Of a stretch of 47,234 nt of DNA, positions 28,119 to 37,726 are shown piece after piece. The DNA comes from Candidatus Babeliales bacterium (GTDB lineage Bacteria > Babelota > Babeliae > Babelales > JABCYS01). A program made the position numbers and the translations under genes. Where the stretch lies: contig JAFGJD010000010.1 in NCBI GenBank assembly GCA_016929235.1, positions 1 to 47,234 on the forward strand. The letters run 5' to 3'. A model generated the notes under the pieces. It searched no databases, was not told the DNA's origin, and was given only the letters and a program-made list of their open reading frames with translations. Each line of letters opens with the position of its first letter. The first letter of the stretch is position 1.

Positions 28119-30221
28119 TTAATGGCTAAGAACACCTTCAGCTTCTGCAAGGAACGAATCATCAAAACCTTCTTCCTTCAGAATCTTAAACGTTATGGTC
28201 TGATCCGATATGCCACGCTCAAGCTTATAAGGGTACTGAATTTTTTCTGATCCATCCTCAAAAGCCGAAACTTTATAGTTTGAAAACAAGTTTGTTTCCA
28301 GCTCTAGAGCAGGAACTCGTGCAAAGTGTGTTGCTGTCAGACATATGTTACCAGGATTCTTTCCAAGCAATGAAATCATACTATACGCAGCTGCTTCACC
28401 TTCTTTAGGAGTAGTACCATTAAATAGCTCATCAACCGCCGTAAGTGAAAATTCATGGGGAGCAAGATCGTCAGTCATGTTTAAAAGTTCTCGTGCTCGA
28501 AGAACTCCGGCCTTAAAATGAGAATTTCCTGCCGCAATATCGTCCGTAATATTCAGGTATGTCATAATTTTAGCAAAGGGCGTAAACGTTAGGGATCTTG
28601 ATGGTGCAATTCCCAAACTTTGTGCAAGAATAATGTTTACTAAAATCCCACGCATTATCGTAGATTTACCTGCTGCATTAGGGCCGGTGATAATTATATT
28701 TTGAGGAGAATTATACCTCAGGCCTAATGCTAATGAATTTGAGATAGCTGTATCTGGGTTAATTGATGGATTCCAAAAATCTTTGATCTCTATCGATGGA
28801 GTTTCAACATTTCCCTCTACGTATGTGGGAAAGCAAAATGTAACATGTTTTTTTTCATATTCCTTATAGAGGCGTGCAATAGACATATGCATATCAAGTT
28901 CACCTGCAACCAAAGCCAAATCAACCAACATCTCTTTTACGTCATGCATCAATCGATATGCAGAAAAGATTCTTCCTTTATACGAAAAAAAAGAAGCCTT
29001 CCCCTCAAATGTCCTGGTTTCTAGCAGTCTCAACAAGTGAACAAAATCTTCTGACTTTTCTACAAGCGCCTTCATTTTTGCTTCTATACAGCTGAGCGAT
29101 GGCATAGAAGCAAATAAAATATTATTTTCTCTTGCCAGTTTAATCATATCTCTAACAGAATTCACATAGATTGCCGTATATATCAGCTTCTCTTGCATAA
29201 CCTTGTCTATCAAAATGCTTTCGCTCACATTTTTCAACATCCACCACAAATTCAGGGAATTTTTCGTGCCACTCATTGCACTGATAGAACCCTTAGCAAA
29301 AACATTATTATATCTTAGGCCCTGCAAGATCAAATAAAGGCTCCCTATAATGCTAAATTTTGAAAGCCCCGAGAGATTATATTGTTCATTCCATTTTTTG
29401 AATCTATCAATGGAATTGTTTTTTGTAAGATATGAAGCAACAACTAATGGAATTGATATAGCTCCCATTGCTGTGAACACCATTCCAGCCAAACTTGCGC
29501 CAATATTCATCTCATTATTGATTTCTATTGCTAATTCGTTTTTGTTAAGCCAAGAAGATACATACTTCAACCAAGAAAAATGCCGCTCAAATGGAAGTCT
29601 TATAAGGCAATGTGAAACAATCCCTTTGAACATGCTATCGTTCCAAAATGACATAAAAATATTTTCAGGAATTTCCAATCTTCTTAAACGGCTATCAAGT
29701 TCATTAAAAAGTAATTCATTAGCTATAAGTTCTTTTGTAATCCGCTGCTGTTTGCCTAGGTTGTGGGAGGAAGAAACGGGCTGAATAATCTTACGATACA
29801 ACATAAGCCTACCAAGTTCAGTCGAAGTACGATCTACTTGCGCAGCAAGATAATGGGCAGCATCCGATCTCGGGCCACACAAAATCTCAAGATCTTGCCA
29901 CGTCTTTCTATCTAGAATGGCGCTTAGTTCAATTGAATGAGTACGTTCAAACCCAGAAAGAAGAGATAGGGCAAATTGCCTTTTTGAAAGAGTAGAAGGA
30001 GTAAGTTGAAACCGAAAGTTATCTTTTAGAACTTCGTGAAATTCCTTTTCATTATTAATCAGTGCTCCAAGGGTATCACTTGCTGATGACGCAGAAGCCT
30101 TCACCCCAGTAACTGCCTTTAGGTTTTCTCTTCCTATTTCTTGATACAAATTGGCATGGATAACAGGATTAACCAAGATCAGGTCTAACAAAAAGATCAA
30201 CGCTAATGGTTGCTTAGGCAT
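28119..30221 (-). CDS. MutS-related ATPase (domain V type) with signal-like N-terminus and hydrophobic segments; not the mismatch-repair MutS1
   Basis: IITGPNAAGKST Walker A, ILAQSLGIAP, LTAVDELFNGT Walker B, ATHF, YKLERGIS; TWQDLEI and DRTSTELG domain III-like motifs; no domain I motif. Confidence 0.85.
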   Translation of the reverse strand: MPKQPLALIFLLDLILVNPVIHANLYQEIGRENLKAVTGVKASASSASDTLGALINNEKEFHEVLKDNFRFQLTPSTLSKRQFALSLLSGFERTHSIELSAILDRKTWQDLEILCGPRSDAAHYLAAQVDRTSTELGRLMLYRKIIQPVSSSHNLGKQQRITKELIANELLFNELDSRLRRLEIPENIFMSFWNDSMFKGIVSHCLIRLPFERHFSWLKYVSSWLNKNELAIEINNEMNIGASLAGMVFTAMGAISIPLVVASYLTKNNSIDRFKKWNEQYNLSGLSKFSIIGSLYLILQGLRYNNVFAKGSISAMSGTKNSLNLWWMLKNVSESILIDKVMQEKLIYTAIYVNSVRDMIKLARENNILFASMPSLSCIEAKMKALVEKSEDFVHLLRLLETRTFEGKASFFSYKGRIFSAYRLMHDVKEMLVDLALVAGELDMHMSIARLYKEYEKKHVTFCFPTYVEGNVETPSIEIKDFWNPSINPDTAISNSLALGLRYNSPQNIIITGPNAAGKSTIMRGILVNIILAQSLGIAPSRSLTFTPFAKIMTYLNITDDIAAGNSHFKAGVLRARELLNMTDDLAPHEFSLTAVDELFNGTTPKEGEAAAYSMISLLGKNPGNICLTATHFARVPALELETNLFSNYKVSAFEDGSEKIQYPYKLERGISDQTITFKILKEEGFDDSFLAEAEGVLSH

Positions 30222-30543
30222 GGAGTGCCTCCTGAAGCAATATTTGAAGGTTTCGTCCTATGGTACTCCTAAATATCGATCTGAACAACAGAAACATAAC
30301 CAAGATTATAAGCAACGGAGGTTTTTACGAATTGCGCATAAAACGCTAGAGGCAACAGAGCAATTTTTGAAAATGTTATAGGCAGAAATATTAGCCTTTT
30401 TTGTAAGGACTATACCAAAGGAAAGGGATGAGACGGTTTCCTTATCCTATTTCCTAACAAGACCACTACAATAACATAGTGATCCCTTGGTATAGAAAAT
30501 GGCATTAGAAAAACACGATCTGGTAAGATGATTTTTTTCTCAC

Positions 30544-31161
30544 TTAGATGCGATCATCGTTATTGAAACTATTATGAATAGCTCTCACTCTAGGCGAAAC
30601 AAATTCACGATACAAGCCAACGACACCAGAAACAAATAATACAAGGGTAATTGTTGTCATTATGTTGTTTCTGTGTTGCTTAAAGAAAGATTCTTCTTGG
30701 TTTGTGCGATCATGTTCGATGGATAAAAGAAGCTTGGAGCGTTCTACCACTGGAGTATCTGGACAAGCATCTTGCCGCCCTCTTTGGTGTTGTACAGATG
30801 CAGAGGGAATAGGCTTGACATCATCTTCGAGCCTTGATGGTGCCTGTATATCATAGACAGCAAGATGCTCGGCATATCGTTGTGCTGGATACATCGAATC
30901 GCGAGAAGCACCGTCATTGTCTACCAGAAAAACACCATCCTTGTCCATCTGTGTGTGAAGATCTTGGACAGTTTTATCAAGGGCTTGGTGCACTTGTGTA
31001 CGAAGGTCGAGCATAGCCGCAGCTGCAGGTAATCCATGGCTCTCGATGAGGCGCATTCTGCGCTCATGGCCGCTAGCGAGTTCTTCTTTTGAGGCCATAG
31101 CGCTTATAAATCCTGGAAATAAGAACATAAGACTGATACCCATCAATGGTGACTTGTTCAT
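30544..31161 (-). CDS. Hypothetical protein with signal peptide and C-terminal membrane anchor
   Basis: GGAGG RBS; MNKSPLMGISLMFLFPGFISAM; TM IMTTITLVLFVSGVVGLY. Confidence 0.6.
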   Translation of the reverse strand: MNKSPLMGISLMFLFPGFISAMASKEELASGHERRMRLIESHGLPAAAAMLDLRTQVHQALDKTVQDLHTQMDKDGVFLVDNDGASRDSMYPAQRYAEHLAVYDIQAPSRLEDDVKPIPSASVQHQRGRQDACPDTPVVERSKLLLSIEHDRTNQEESFFKQHRNNIMTTITLVLFVSGVVGLYREFVSPRVRAIHNSFNNDDRI

Positions 31162-31393
31162 TGAAGAGCCTCCCATAGTGTTTACGATATAAATCTCTAA
31201 GAGACAAGCTAACTTAAAAAAATGGCGCTAGCAAATGCGTTTACACCTTTTGTAGAGCTCAAAAGAGTCTATCGACAGCATATCAAGCCCATGAATTATT
31301 TATGAGTTTTGATAGTCCGTTACAACGAGCCCTTCTAGACCTTGTGGAGCCTATTTAGGCTGAAAGAGATCTCTGTATGTCTTCTTTTAGAAC

Positions 31394-31471
31394 TGGCGGG
31401 GCTGACGAGACTCGAACTCGCGACCTTTCGCGTGACAGGCGAACGCTCTAACCAAACTGAGCTACAGCCCC
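31394..31471 (-). tRNA. tRNA-Asp(GTC)
   Basis: Cloverleaf GGGGCTG...TTCGC-CTGTCAC-GCGAA...GTTCGAGTC...CAGCCCC-GCCA. Confidence 0.97.
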
Positions 31472-31480
31472 CGTGATTTT

Positions 31481-31556
31481 TGGCTCCTCGGGCTGGACTC
31501 GAACCAGCGACCCAACGATTAACAGTCGTTTGCTCTACCAACTGAGCTACCGAGGA
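31481..31556 (-). tRNA. tRNA-Asn(GTT)
   Basis: Cloverleaf TCCTCGG...AACGA-CTGTTAA-TCGTT...GTTCGAGTC...CCGAGGA-GCCA. Confidence 0.97.
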
Positions 31557-31572
31557 ATAGCTTCTCTAAAAA

Positions 31573-31649
31573 TGGTGGGCGGTGCAGGATTCGAACCTGC
31601 GACCCCCAGTTTGTAAGACTGATGCTCTAACCAACTGAGCTAACCGCCC
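31573..31649 (-). tRNA. tRNA-Val(TAC)
   Basis: Cloverleaf GGGCGGT...TCAGT-CTTACAA-ACTGG...GTTCGAATC...ACCGCCC-ACCA. Confidence 0.97.
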
Positions 31650-31685
31650 ATTATGCCGATTCCTGTTGCTTCTAGGGACCAACAG

Positions 31686-31714
31686 ATTCTAAAGAAAGAA
31701 ATTTTCAAAGTCAA
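31686..31714 (-). promoter_or_regulatory. Sigma70 promoter of the Val-Asn-Asp tRNA operon
   Basis: Near-consensus TTGACT-17 nt-TAGAAT ending 37 bp upstream of tRNA-Val. Confidence 0.75.
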
Positions 31715-31834
31715 AAATCAGTATACCTAATTTTTGCCGCTTGCCCAGCCATTTCTATACCCTGAAGGAATTCGTTGGCTAACACTACTTCCCTGTGCTA
31801 CAAGATATTAGGCCACACATGTCGATTACTATTC

Positions 31835-32548
31835 TTAGGCCCCCACTGGACACATCCCTTCCACAATTGCCTGGGCCTCTCTAATCTCGTTAATCTCCTG
31901 GGCAATTTCTGGATTGTATTCTAGGTAGGGCATAAGAGCTTCTTGATATTTTTTGTAATATTCAATGGCTCCATCATAGACTCCAAGCCGTCTCACCGTA
32001 GCACATAGCAACTTTTTAAAAATGTTTCGGTTAACACGGTTCACGATCACTGATTTTGTTAATAGCGCAACAAGTGCGCCAACTATGCCACTGGTAAAAC
32101 AAAGCAATATGTTATTATCCTTAAAAAGGCCACTTTTTATTACACCAATACCGGAGAGAATGCCTGCAACAACCTGTGTCGCAAACAATCCTATGATCAA
32201 CTTTTTAGCATCATACGCCACACACTGCATGAGCATTCCTATCGCAAATCGCTGCCCTTCGCGACTCAGGGAATCGAACCAGTCGGGATTGATAAATACG
32301 TAATAGGAGCCAGGAATAAAAGCAATCGTATAAAATCGCGGATTGATATGGCAGACCTCCTCGGTAGGAATTCGCACCTCCAACTGCACATTATTAACAC
32401 CCAATGTTTCTGCTACTTCATTTATTATTGTAAGGTACTCAGCAGGAACGGGGCCCCCAGCAAATTTTTCGCATTCTTGATTAATAGTCCCCATCAGAGA
32501 AATATTCTGTAACATGACAGCGATAATCATGGGATATAGACGGCTCAT
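31835..32548 (-). CDS. M48/HtpX-like membrane pseudopeptidase (HExxH replaced by MLMQC)
   Basis: INQECEKF...INEVAETLGVNNVQ and QRFAIGMLMQCVAYDAKKL align with the upstream paralog IDQGVEKF...VTDVAQKMGVESVQ and QRFLIGHELAHIKQHDAKK; ATGA overlap with that paralog. Confidence 0.72.
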   Translation of the reverse strand: MSRLYPMIIAVMLQNISLMGTINQECEKFAGGPVPAEYLTIINEVAETLGVNNVQLEVRIPTEEVCHINPRFYTIAFIPGSYYVFINPDWFDSLSREGQRFAIGMLMQCVAYDAKKLIIGLFATQVVAGILSGIGVIKSGLFKDNNILLCFTSGIVGALVALLTKSVIVNRVNRNIFKKLLCATVRRLGVYDGAIEYYKKYQEALMPYLEYNPEIAQEINEIREAQAIVEGMCPVGA

Positions 32549-33368
32549 GAAACCTCATCTTCTTTGCAAACTGTTCTTAAATTTTCAATGCGTTCTCGTG
32601 TCGTCGGATGACTCAAAAACAATCTTCGTAGTTTTGAAAATGATTCAGGATTTTTCTGGCCGAGGTGAGAATCCTCTACCAGAAGATGTACTATCTTGAT
32701 AAAGGCTATGCCATCTTGGGCATTACATAATCTTTCAGCAGCCATACGGTCTGCCTTGTATTCCGATGAACGGCTAACGTAGGCGCAAACAAGACGGCCT
32801 ATGACAAATGACACTAAAGACAGTAATGGGGTAATAATCCTCAGCATTATTGGATTAATGATATGTGGTTCCCTCCTAAATCGTGCATAAAAGATTCCTC
32901 CACTTAGAAGAGGAATTCCTATAGAAAGACACTCCAACAGTAGCTTTTTTTTGCATCATGCTGCTTGATGTGAGCCAATTCATGGCCAATGAGAAATCTT
33001 TGCAAAGGTATGGGTAATTTTGTAAAAAAATATTTGCTCACAAGGACATAAGCATCTTGCATTGCCACAGCATTGTACAGCCCAAATGTTTGGAGTCCTC
33101 GCAAATTCAAGTAACGAAACTGAACAGACTCGACACCCATCTTCTGAGCCACATCAGTTACAAGATCCTCAGCTTCCGAAGTCAGTTTTTCAGTGCCAAA
33201 TTTCTCAACTCCCTGATCGATAATCTTTTGATAACACCTAGTTGCACCATCAACCAATCTCTCCAATGCACTCAGTTTCGATTGATGTCCCTGTGACGCA
33301 CCCCCTGAAAGAAGCGATTGCCGCAAAATCAGTGCGCAAAGACAAACACAAAAACTAAAACGCCTCAT
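32545..33368 (-). pseudogene. M48/HtpX family Zn metallopeptidase split by a single-base frameshift at an A8 run (32945-32952)
   Basis: 5' part has YNAVA and GHELAH; 3' part has SRSSEYKAD and LFLSHPTTRERI; adding one A gives a continuous 274-aa protein. Confidence 0.85.
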
Positions 33369-33522
33369 ACGCTTCCCATATCTAAACGTGCTACGATAAT
33401 AGCGGATTTTCAGTGTAAGCAAGATCCCCATCAGAAGCAACCAGTATTTTCTGCTTGGAACTTCCCTAAAAACACACTATCCTTTTCTTCGGCCAATCGA
33501 CCCCATAACAAGGATTAAGACC

Positions 33523-34365
33523 ATGAAAGTCTTTGACTTTATCAAAACCCTCTTTTACGTTGTTCTCATATTGTCGTTAGCTCAACCACTCATACGGCAT
33601 AGCAAAGAGTTCTTTCAGCGCAATCTTGACCCAAGCACACAAGTTGGCTACCTCAAAATATCAGGAATGATTACCAATTCATCAAGCTATGTAAAAGCCC
33701 TCCAATCGTACTTCAACAATCCCGATATTAAAGCCATCCTTCTTGAAATTGAATCTCCAGGAGGGGCATCTGGAAGTGCAGCAGCAATGTTTAATGAAAT
33801 CCTAATCATGAAAAAGAAACACCCAAAATCTATTATTGTCCTTGTAGAAAACGTATGCGCCTCTGCGGCATATTGGATCGCATGCGCTGCAGATCATATT
33901 ATCGCATCACCAGCAGCACTGATCGGCTCAATTGGCACATCACTGCCATACCAATTCAATCTCAAGGATCTCTTGACCGAGTATCATATCAAATACGAAA
34001 CCACGTCCACGGAAAAACACAAATCGGCAACGGACCCCTTTGTTGATACCACACCTGAACAGCAGGCTATGTTCCAAAAAATCTGCGACCAAACATACGA
34101 GGAATTCACCAACGATGTTGCACGACAACGAAACAAGGTCTCCATCAAAGATGTCGCCACATGGGCAGATGGCAAAGTATTTAGTGGCAGAGAAGCATTG
34201 GCTCTTGGATTGATTGATGAGATTGGATCACAATCCAATGTCATCGCGTGGCTCAGAGAAGCGATACCGACCGATGGTAAAATAACATGGGTCAAACAAG
34301 ACGCGAAAAGTAGATTAGTGCGGTGGTTTGAAAACGACAGTCCAAGCGACACGGAAAACCTCTAG
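33523..34365 (+). CDS. sppA: Signal peptide peptidase SppA (S49, short form)
   Basis: IESPGG, CASAAYWIA, IGSIG, ADGKVFSGREALALGLIDEIG. Confidence 0.92.
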   Translation: MKVFDFIKTLFYVVLILSLAQPLIRHSKEFFQRNLDPSTQVGYLKISGMITNSSSYVKALQSYFNNPDIKAILLEIESPGGASGSAAAMFNEILIMKKKHPKSIIVLVENVCASAAYWIACAADHIIASPAALIGSIGTSLPYQFNLKDLLTEYHIKYETTSTEKHKSATDPFVDTTPEQQAMFQKICDQTYEEFTNDVARQRNKVSIKDVATWADGKVFSGREALALGLIDEIGSQSNVIAWLREAIPTDGKITWVKQDAKSRLVRWFENDSPSDTENL

Positions 34366-34369
34366 TGCC

Positions 34370-35188
34370 TCATTCAGTGGGCACAGATACACCTTTCTGA
34401 ACAAGGTAGCAATACGCTACTGCCCCAACATCAAGTGCCGGTGTAACGGTAATCGCATAATACATATCCTGCACCCGTGCCGTATCGATTATACCAAGTA
34501 AAAAACCCTGAGGGAAAACAAGGCCATCGCCACTTGAGAGCACTATATCTTGTTCCTTCACACGTTCCAGATGGCTGACATGCTGTATGGTTGTTGCCTG
34601 CGTGTTGCGACATCCAACGTGAATACCAGGTGTTTTTGTTTTCTTGCAATAAACCGCAATCGGACATGCTGGATCAGTAATTAAACGCACTTTGCTGTAA
34701 TATGGATATACTGATACCACGCGCCCAAGAATACAGTTTTTATAGACAGCTACCATATCCTTTTGAATACCATGATATGATCCCCGATCCACAAAATAAT
34801 ACTGCTCATCATTGCTCAAATGTCGAAAAATCACCTGCACTAACTGCGCCTGTTCAAAAGAATAGCGATCTTTGAAAGAGCGAACTTCTTCACTCTCTTG
34901 TACAAAATGTTCCAAGCCTGCACACTCGGCAAGTTGTGCTTTGAGATTCTCATTTTCATGACGAGCACCCTCTAAGTTCTCATGAAGCTCATGCAGAGAT
35001 TTTCGCTGCTGTCTCCAATGTTGAATTGGACGAGCTAACGAATTTTGTAGAGATATGAACGGGTACATGATTCGTGATATCGTTGTTTCAAGCACAGTAG
35101 GAGAAAAAAATAACACTCGATTGATTAAAAAAAAGATAAGTGCACATGCAAGAAAAACAAATAAAATCCTCTGAGACATATCACGCAC
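34370..35188 (-). CDS. mreC: Rod shape-determining protein MreC
   Basis: N-terminal TM, coiled coil ENENLK, VDRGSYHGIQKDMVAV, SKVRLITD, SSGDGLVFPQG. Confidence 0.9.
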   Translation of the reverse strand: MRDMSQRILFVFLACALIFFLINRVLFFSPTVLETTISRIMYPFISLQNSLARPIQHWRQQRKSLHELHENLEGARHENENLKAQLAECAGLEHFVQESEEVRSFKDRYSFEQAQLVQVIFRHLSNDEQYYFVDRGSYHGIQKDMVAVYKNCILGRVVSVYPYYSKVRLITDPACPIAVYCKKTKTPGIHVGCRNTQATTIQHVSHLERVKEQDIVLSSGDGLVFPQGFLLGIIDTARVQDMYYAITVTPALDVGAVAYCYLVQKGVSVPTE

Positions 35189-35190
35189 GT

Positions 35191-36153
35191 TCAGTACTCC
35201 ATCAACTCTTGCAATACTGATTTCACCTCATCCAGCGACTCAGAACGCACTGCCTGATCACGCAAGCGTGAGGCATCAGGTAGATCTTTAATATACCACG
35301 CAAGATGCTTTCTAAACTGATATAGTCCTTGATCCCCATACTGCACTAGCATGTTGTCAAGATGCTGCAATGCCGTAGAAAAAATAAGTCGGGAATCAAC
35401 ATAAAATGGTTTACCTTGTGTTTCCGCTTCTAGCTGCGCAAGTTTCCATGGCTGTGACCACATACCTCTTCCAATCAAAAAGCCATCAACGCCCGTACGC
35501 TCGTATACATACTTGGCATCATCACTGGTGAACACGTTACCTGAAAAAAAGACCGGAATAGAAATAGCTTGTTTTACCTCAGCTGCAAGCGCATAATCAG
35601 GTCGCCCTTTTGACATCTGTGGTTGTAATCTTGGATGAATCGCTAAACCATCGAGTCCGCAATCTTGTGCAAGCTGTGCAACTTCAATGGCATTCTTTGT
35701 TTTGAATCCCGCCCTGATTTTTATGGTTAGCGGCAGAGAAATATTTTTGCGTAATGTTTGTAATATCTTTTTGAGCATAGGAACATTGCCCATCAACGCC
35801 GATCCTGCGCCCTGCTTAACTACCGTTCGTGCAGGACATCCACAGTTCAGGTCAACGGTATCAACACCGGCCTTCATTATGCGCTCACAAGCCTCTTCAA
35901 GAGATTCAAGGTCATGCGCTGCAAGTTGATATGCTAAAGGACGTTCGCTTGGTAGAAAATCAAACGCAGCCTTACCTGTTTCGTCATGCACAATACATCC
36001 AACATGACGCATCTCTGTATACAACAGATTATCTTTAGAAAATTGACGCACTAATTGTCGAAACGATGAATCAAATACACCATCAAGGGGCCCACTCATA
36101 AATCGGGGGAAGTAACAATCGCGCAAAGAAAACTTACTCGTCCAATAACTCAT
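35191..36153 (-). CDS. tRNA-dihydrouridine synthase (DusB-like)
   Basis: YTEM, DLNCGCP, GAGSALM, TIKIRAG, AIHPR, SGNV, LIGRG, FRKHLAWY. Confidence 0.9.
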   Translation of the reverse strand: MSYWTSKFSLRDCYFPRFMSGPLDGVFDSSFRQLVRQFSKDNLLYTEMRHVGCIVHDETGKAAFDFLPSERPLAYQLAAHDLESLEEACERIMKAGVDTVDLNCGCPARTVVKQGAGSALMGNVPMLKKILQTLRKNISLPLTIKIRAGFKTKNAIEVAQLAQDCGLDGLAIHPRLQPQMSKGRPDYALAAEVKQAISIPVFFSGNVFTSDDAKYVYERTGVDGFLIGRGMWSQPWKLAQLEAETQGKPFYVDSRLIFSTALQHLDNMLVQYGDQGLYQFRKHLAWYIKDLPDASRLRDQAVRSESLDEVKSVLQELMEY

Positions 36154-36163
36154 ACTTGTACCA

Positions 36164-36703
36164 TCATTTTGATTTAAACCGCTCAATGAGCTCTTGCAAT
36201 TCTCGGTCATTTTTAATCACAATAAATTCAGTCGTATCCGCATGAGAGCACATAGCATCGTAGATGTGCGGAACCCGTTTTTTATTAAAGCTCCATATAT
36301 ATCGTAAAAACTTACAATCTGGACCTCGCTCCTGGCAACCTTTTGCACTCGAAAAATATACCTTACCAAAATTCGTCAGCGCCCGCCTGAACACTCTAAA
36401 GAAACATGTATGTCGTGGAACATCCAAAAAAATCACCACATCTGCTCGCCGAGCTCGATATGAAAGAAAACGAAGTCCCATGCCATCGATAATCCACGTA
36501 TCAGTATCACACAATTGTTTATGAATTTTCTCAAATTCTGATCGATCTGGCTCCTTCCAGCCAGGTTTCCAAAAATATTGATCTAAATGATAAAGTGGTA
36601 ACTGTAAAATCTGATGGAGCCTTAAGCTAAAATTAGATTTTCCTGCACCAGCATTTCCTATAACCGCGATTCTTTTAAAATCGCTCCGATGTTTCTTTTT
36701 CAT
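36164..36703 (-). CDS. FlaR-like P-loop kinase (topology modulation protein family)
   Basis: RIAVIGNAGAGKS, LYHLDQYFWKPGW, WIIDG, RADVVIFLD. Confidence 0.85.
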   Translation of the reverse strand: MKKKHRSDFKRIAVIGNAGAGKSNFSLRLHQILQLPLYHLDQYFWKPGWKEPDRSEFEKIHKQLCDTDTWIIDGMGLRFLSYRARRADVVIFLDVPRHTCFFRVFRRALTNFGKVYFSSAKGCQERGPDCKFLRYIWSFNKKRVPHIYDAMCSHADTTEFIVIKNDRELQELIERFKSK

Positions 36704-36732
36704 CGTTCAACTTTGTATTTATTAGATCGCGT

Positions 36733-37716
36733 CTATGTCAGTGTATCAAGATACAGTGTATCGAGATACCGCTCTACTGCACAAGCGGCATGACACCCGT
36801 CGCCTGCCGCCGCTATCGCCTGCTTACAACATGATGACGTTACGTCACCAGCTGCAAAAACTCCTGGAACAGACGTATATACATGATCATGAATTGACAC
36901 AAAACCACACATATCACATGCAACCGTATCGCATACCAAGCCCGTAACAGGCTCCATGCCAATGGCAACAAAGACGCCTCGAGTGACAAGGTTTGTAACA
37001 CGGTGTGTAAGCTCATTATATATCTCAACACCTGTTACACCCGTATCATCACCATAAATGCGCCTTACACAGCTATCATAGATAATGTGCACCGCATCAT
37101 CACTAATCACACGAGTGCGCAGAGACGGAGAAGCTGTCATATGGGATAATAGTTGTACAATTGTTACATCATCGGTCCATTGTCGTAGATATGATGCATA
37201 TTCAAGAGCAGCATTACCACCACCTACAATCACAACAGGAAGACCTGCAAATAAGCATCCATCACATACCGCACAAAAACTTACTCCTCTACCTTCATAC
37301 TCTTGCTCTCCAGGACATCCAAGATGACGATGCGATGCTCCCGTAGCCAAAATGACAGAGCGAGCGGTAATCTTGTCATGCTCTTCTGTCTCAACTATAA
37401 AAGGACGGAAATGAACATCAAGATGTACTGCCGTATCTGGCAGTAACGTGCAACCAACAAGCAGTGCATGTTCACGCATACGCTCCATCAATGTTACACC
37501 CTCAATGGCATGAATACCTGGCCAATTTTCAACGATAGATGTTTTTGTGAGCTGTCCACCTGGTGTTGGGCCCTCTAAAATTACAACCGAACGATGGGCA
37601 CGCGCAGCATAGATCCCAGCAGTCAAGCCTGCTGGTCCAGAACCAATAATTACAACATCATAAGTGGGAATGAGAACCCATGGGAACCATATAACCATTG
37701 CTATACGATACCACAT
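36733..37716 (-). CDS. trxB: Thioredoxin reductase-like flavoprotein
   Basis: YDVVIIGSGPAGLTAGIY, GGQL, VENWPG, ILATG, GVSFCAVCDG, GGGN, FAAGDV, QAIAAAGDG; atypical NADPH-binding site. Confidence 0.85.
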   Translation of the reverse strand: MWYRIAMVIWFPWVLIPTYDVVIIGSGPAGLTAGIYAARAHRSVVILEGPTPGGQLTKTSIVENWPGIHAIEGVTLMERMREHALLVGCTLLPDTAVHLDVHFRPFIVETEEHDKITARSVILATGASHRHLGCPGEQEYEGRGVSFCAVCDGCLFAGLPVVIVGGGNAALEYASYLRQWTDDVTIVQLLSHMTASPSLRTRVISDDAVHIIYDSCVRRIYGDDTGVTGVEIYNELTHRVTNLVTRGVFVAIGMEPVTGLVCDTVACDMCGFVSIHDHVYTSVPGVFAAGDVTSSCCKQAIAAAGDGCHAACAVERYLDTLYLDTLT

Positions 37717-37726
37717 GCGTTACCTC

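Noticed and set aside
24833..31393. tRNA-Asp-anchored integrative element or prophage
   Set aside because: No integrase, phage or transfer genes and no duplicated tRNA 3' end seen; treated as an accessory gene stretch only
31335..31541. 68-aa ORF over the tRNA cluster
   Set aside because: Translation of the tRNA-Asn and tRNA-Asp sequences
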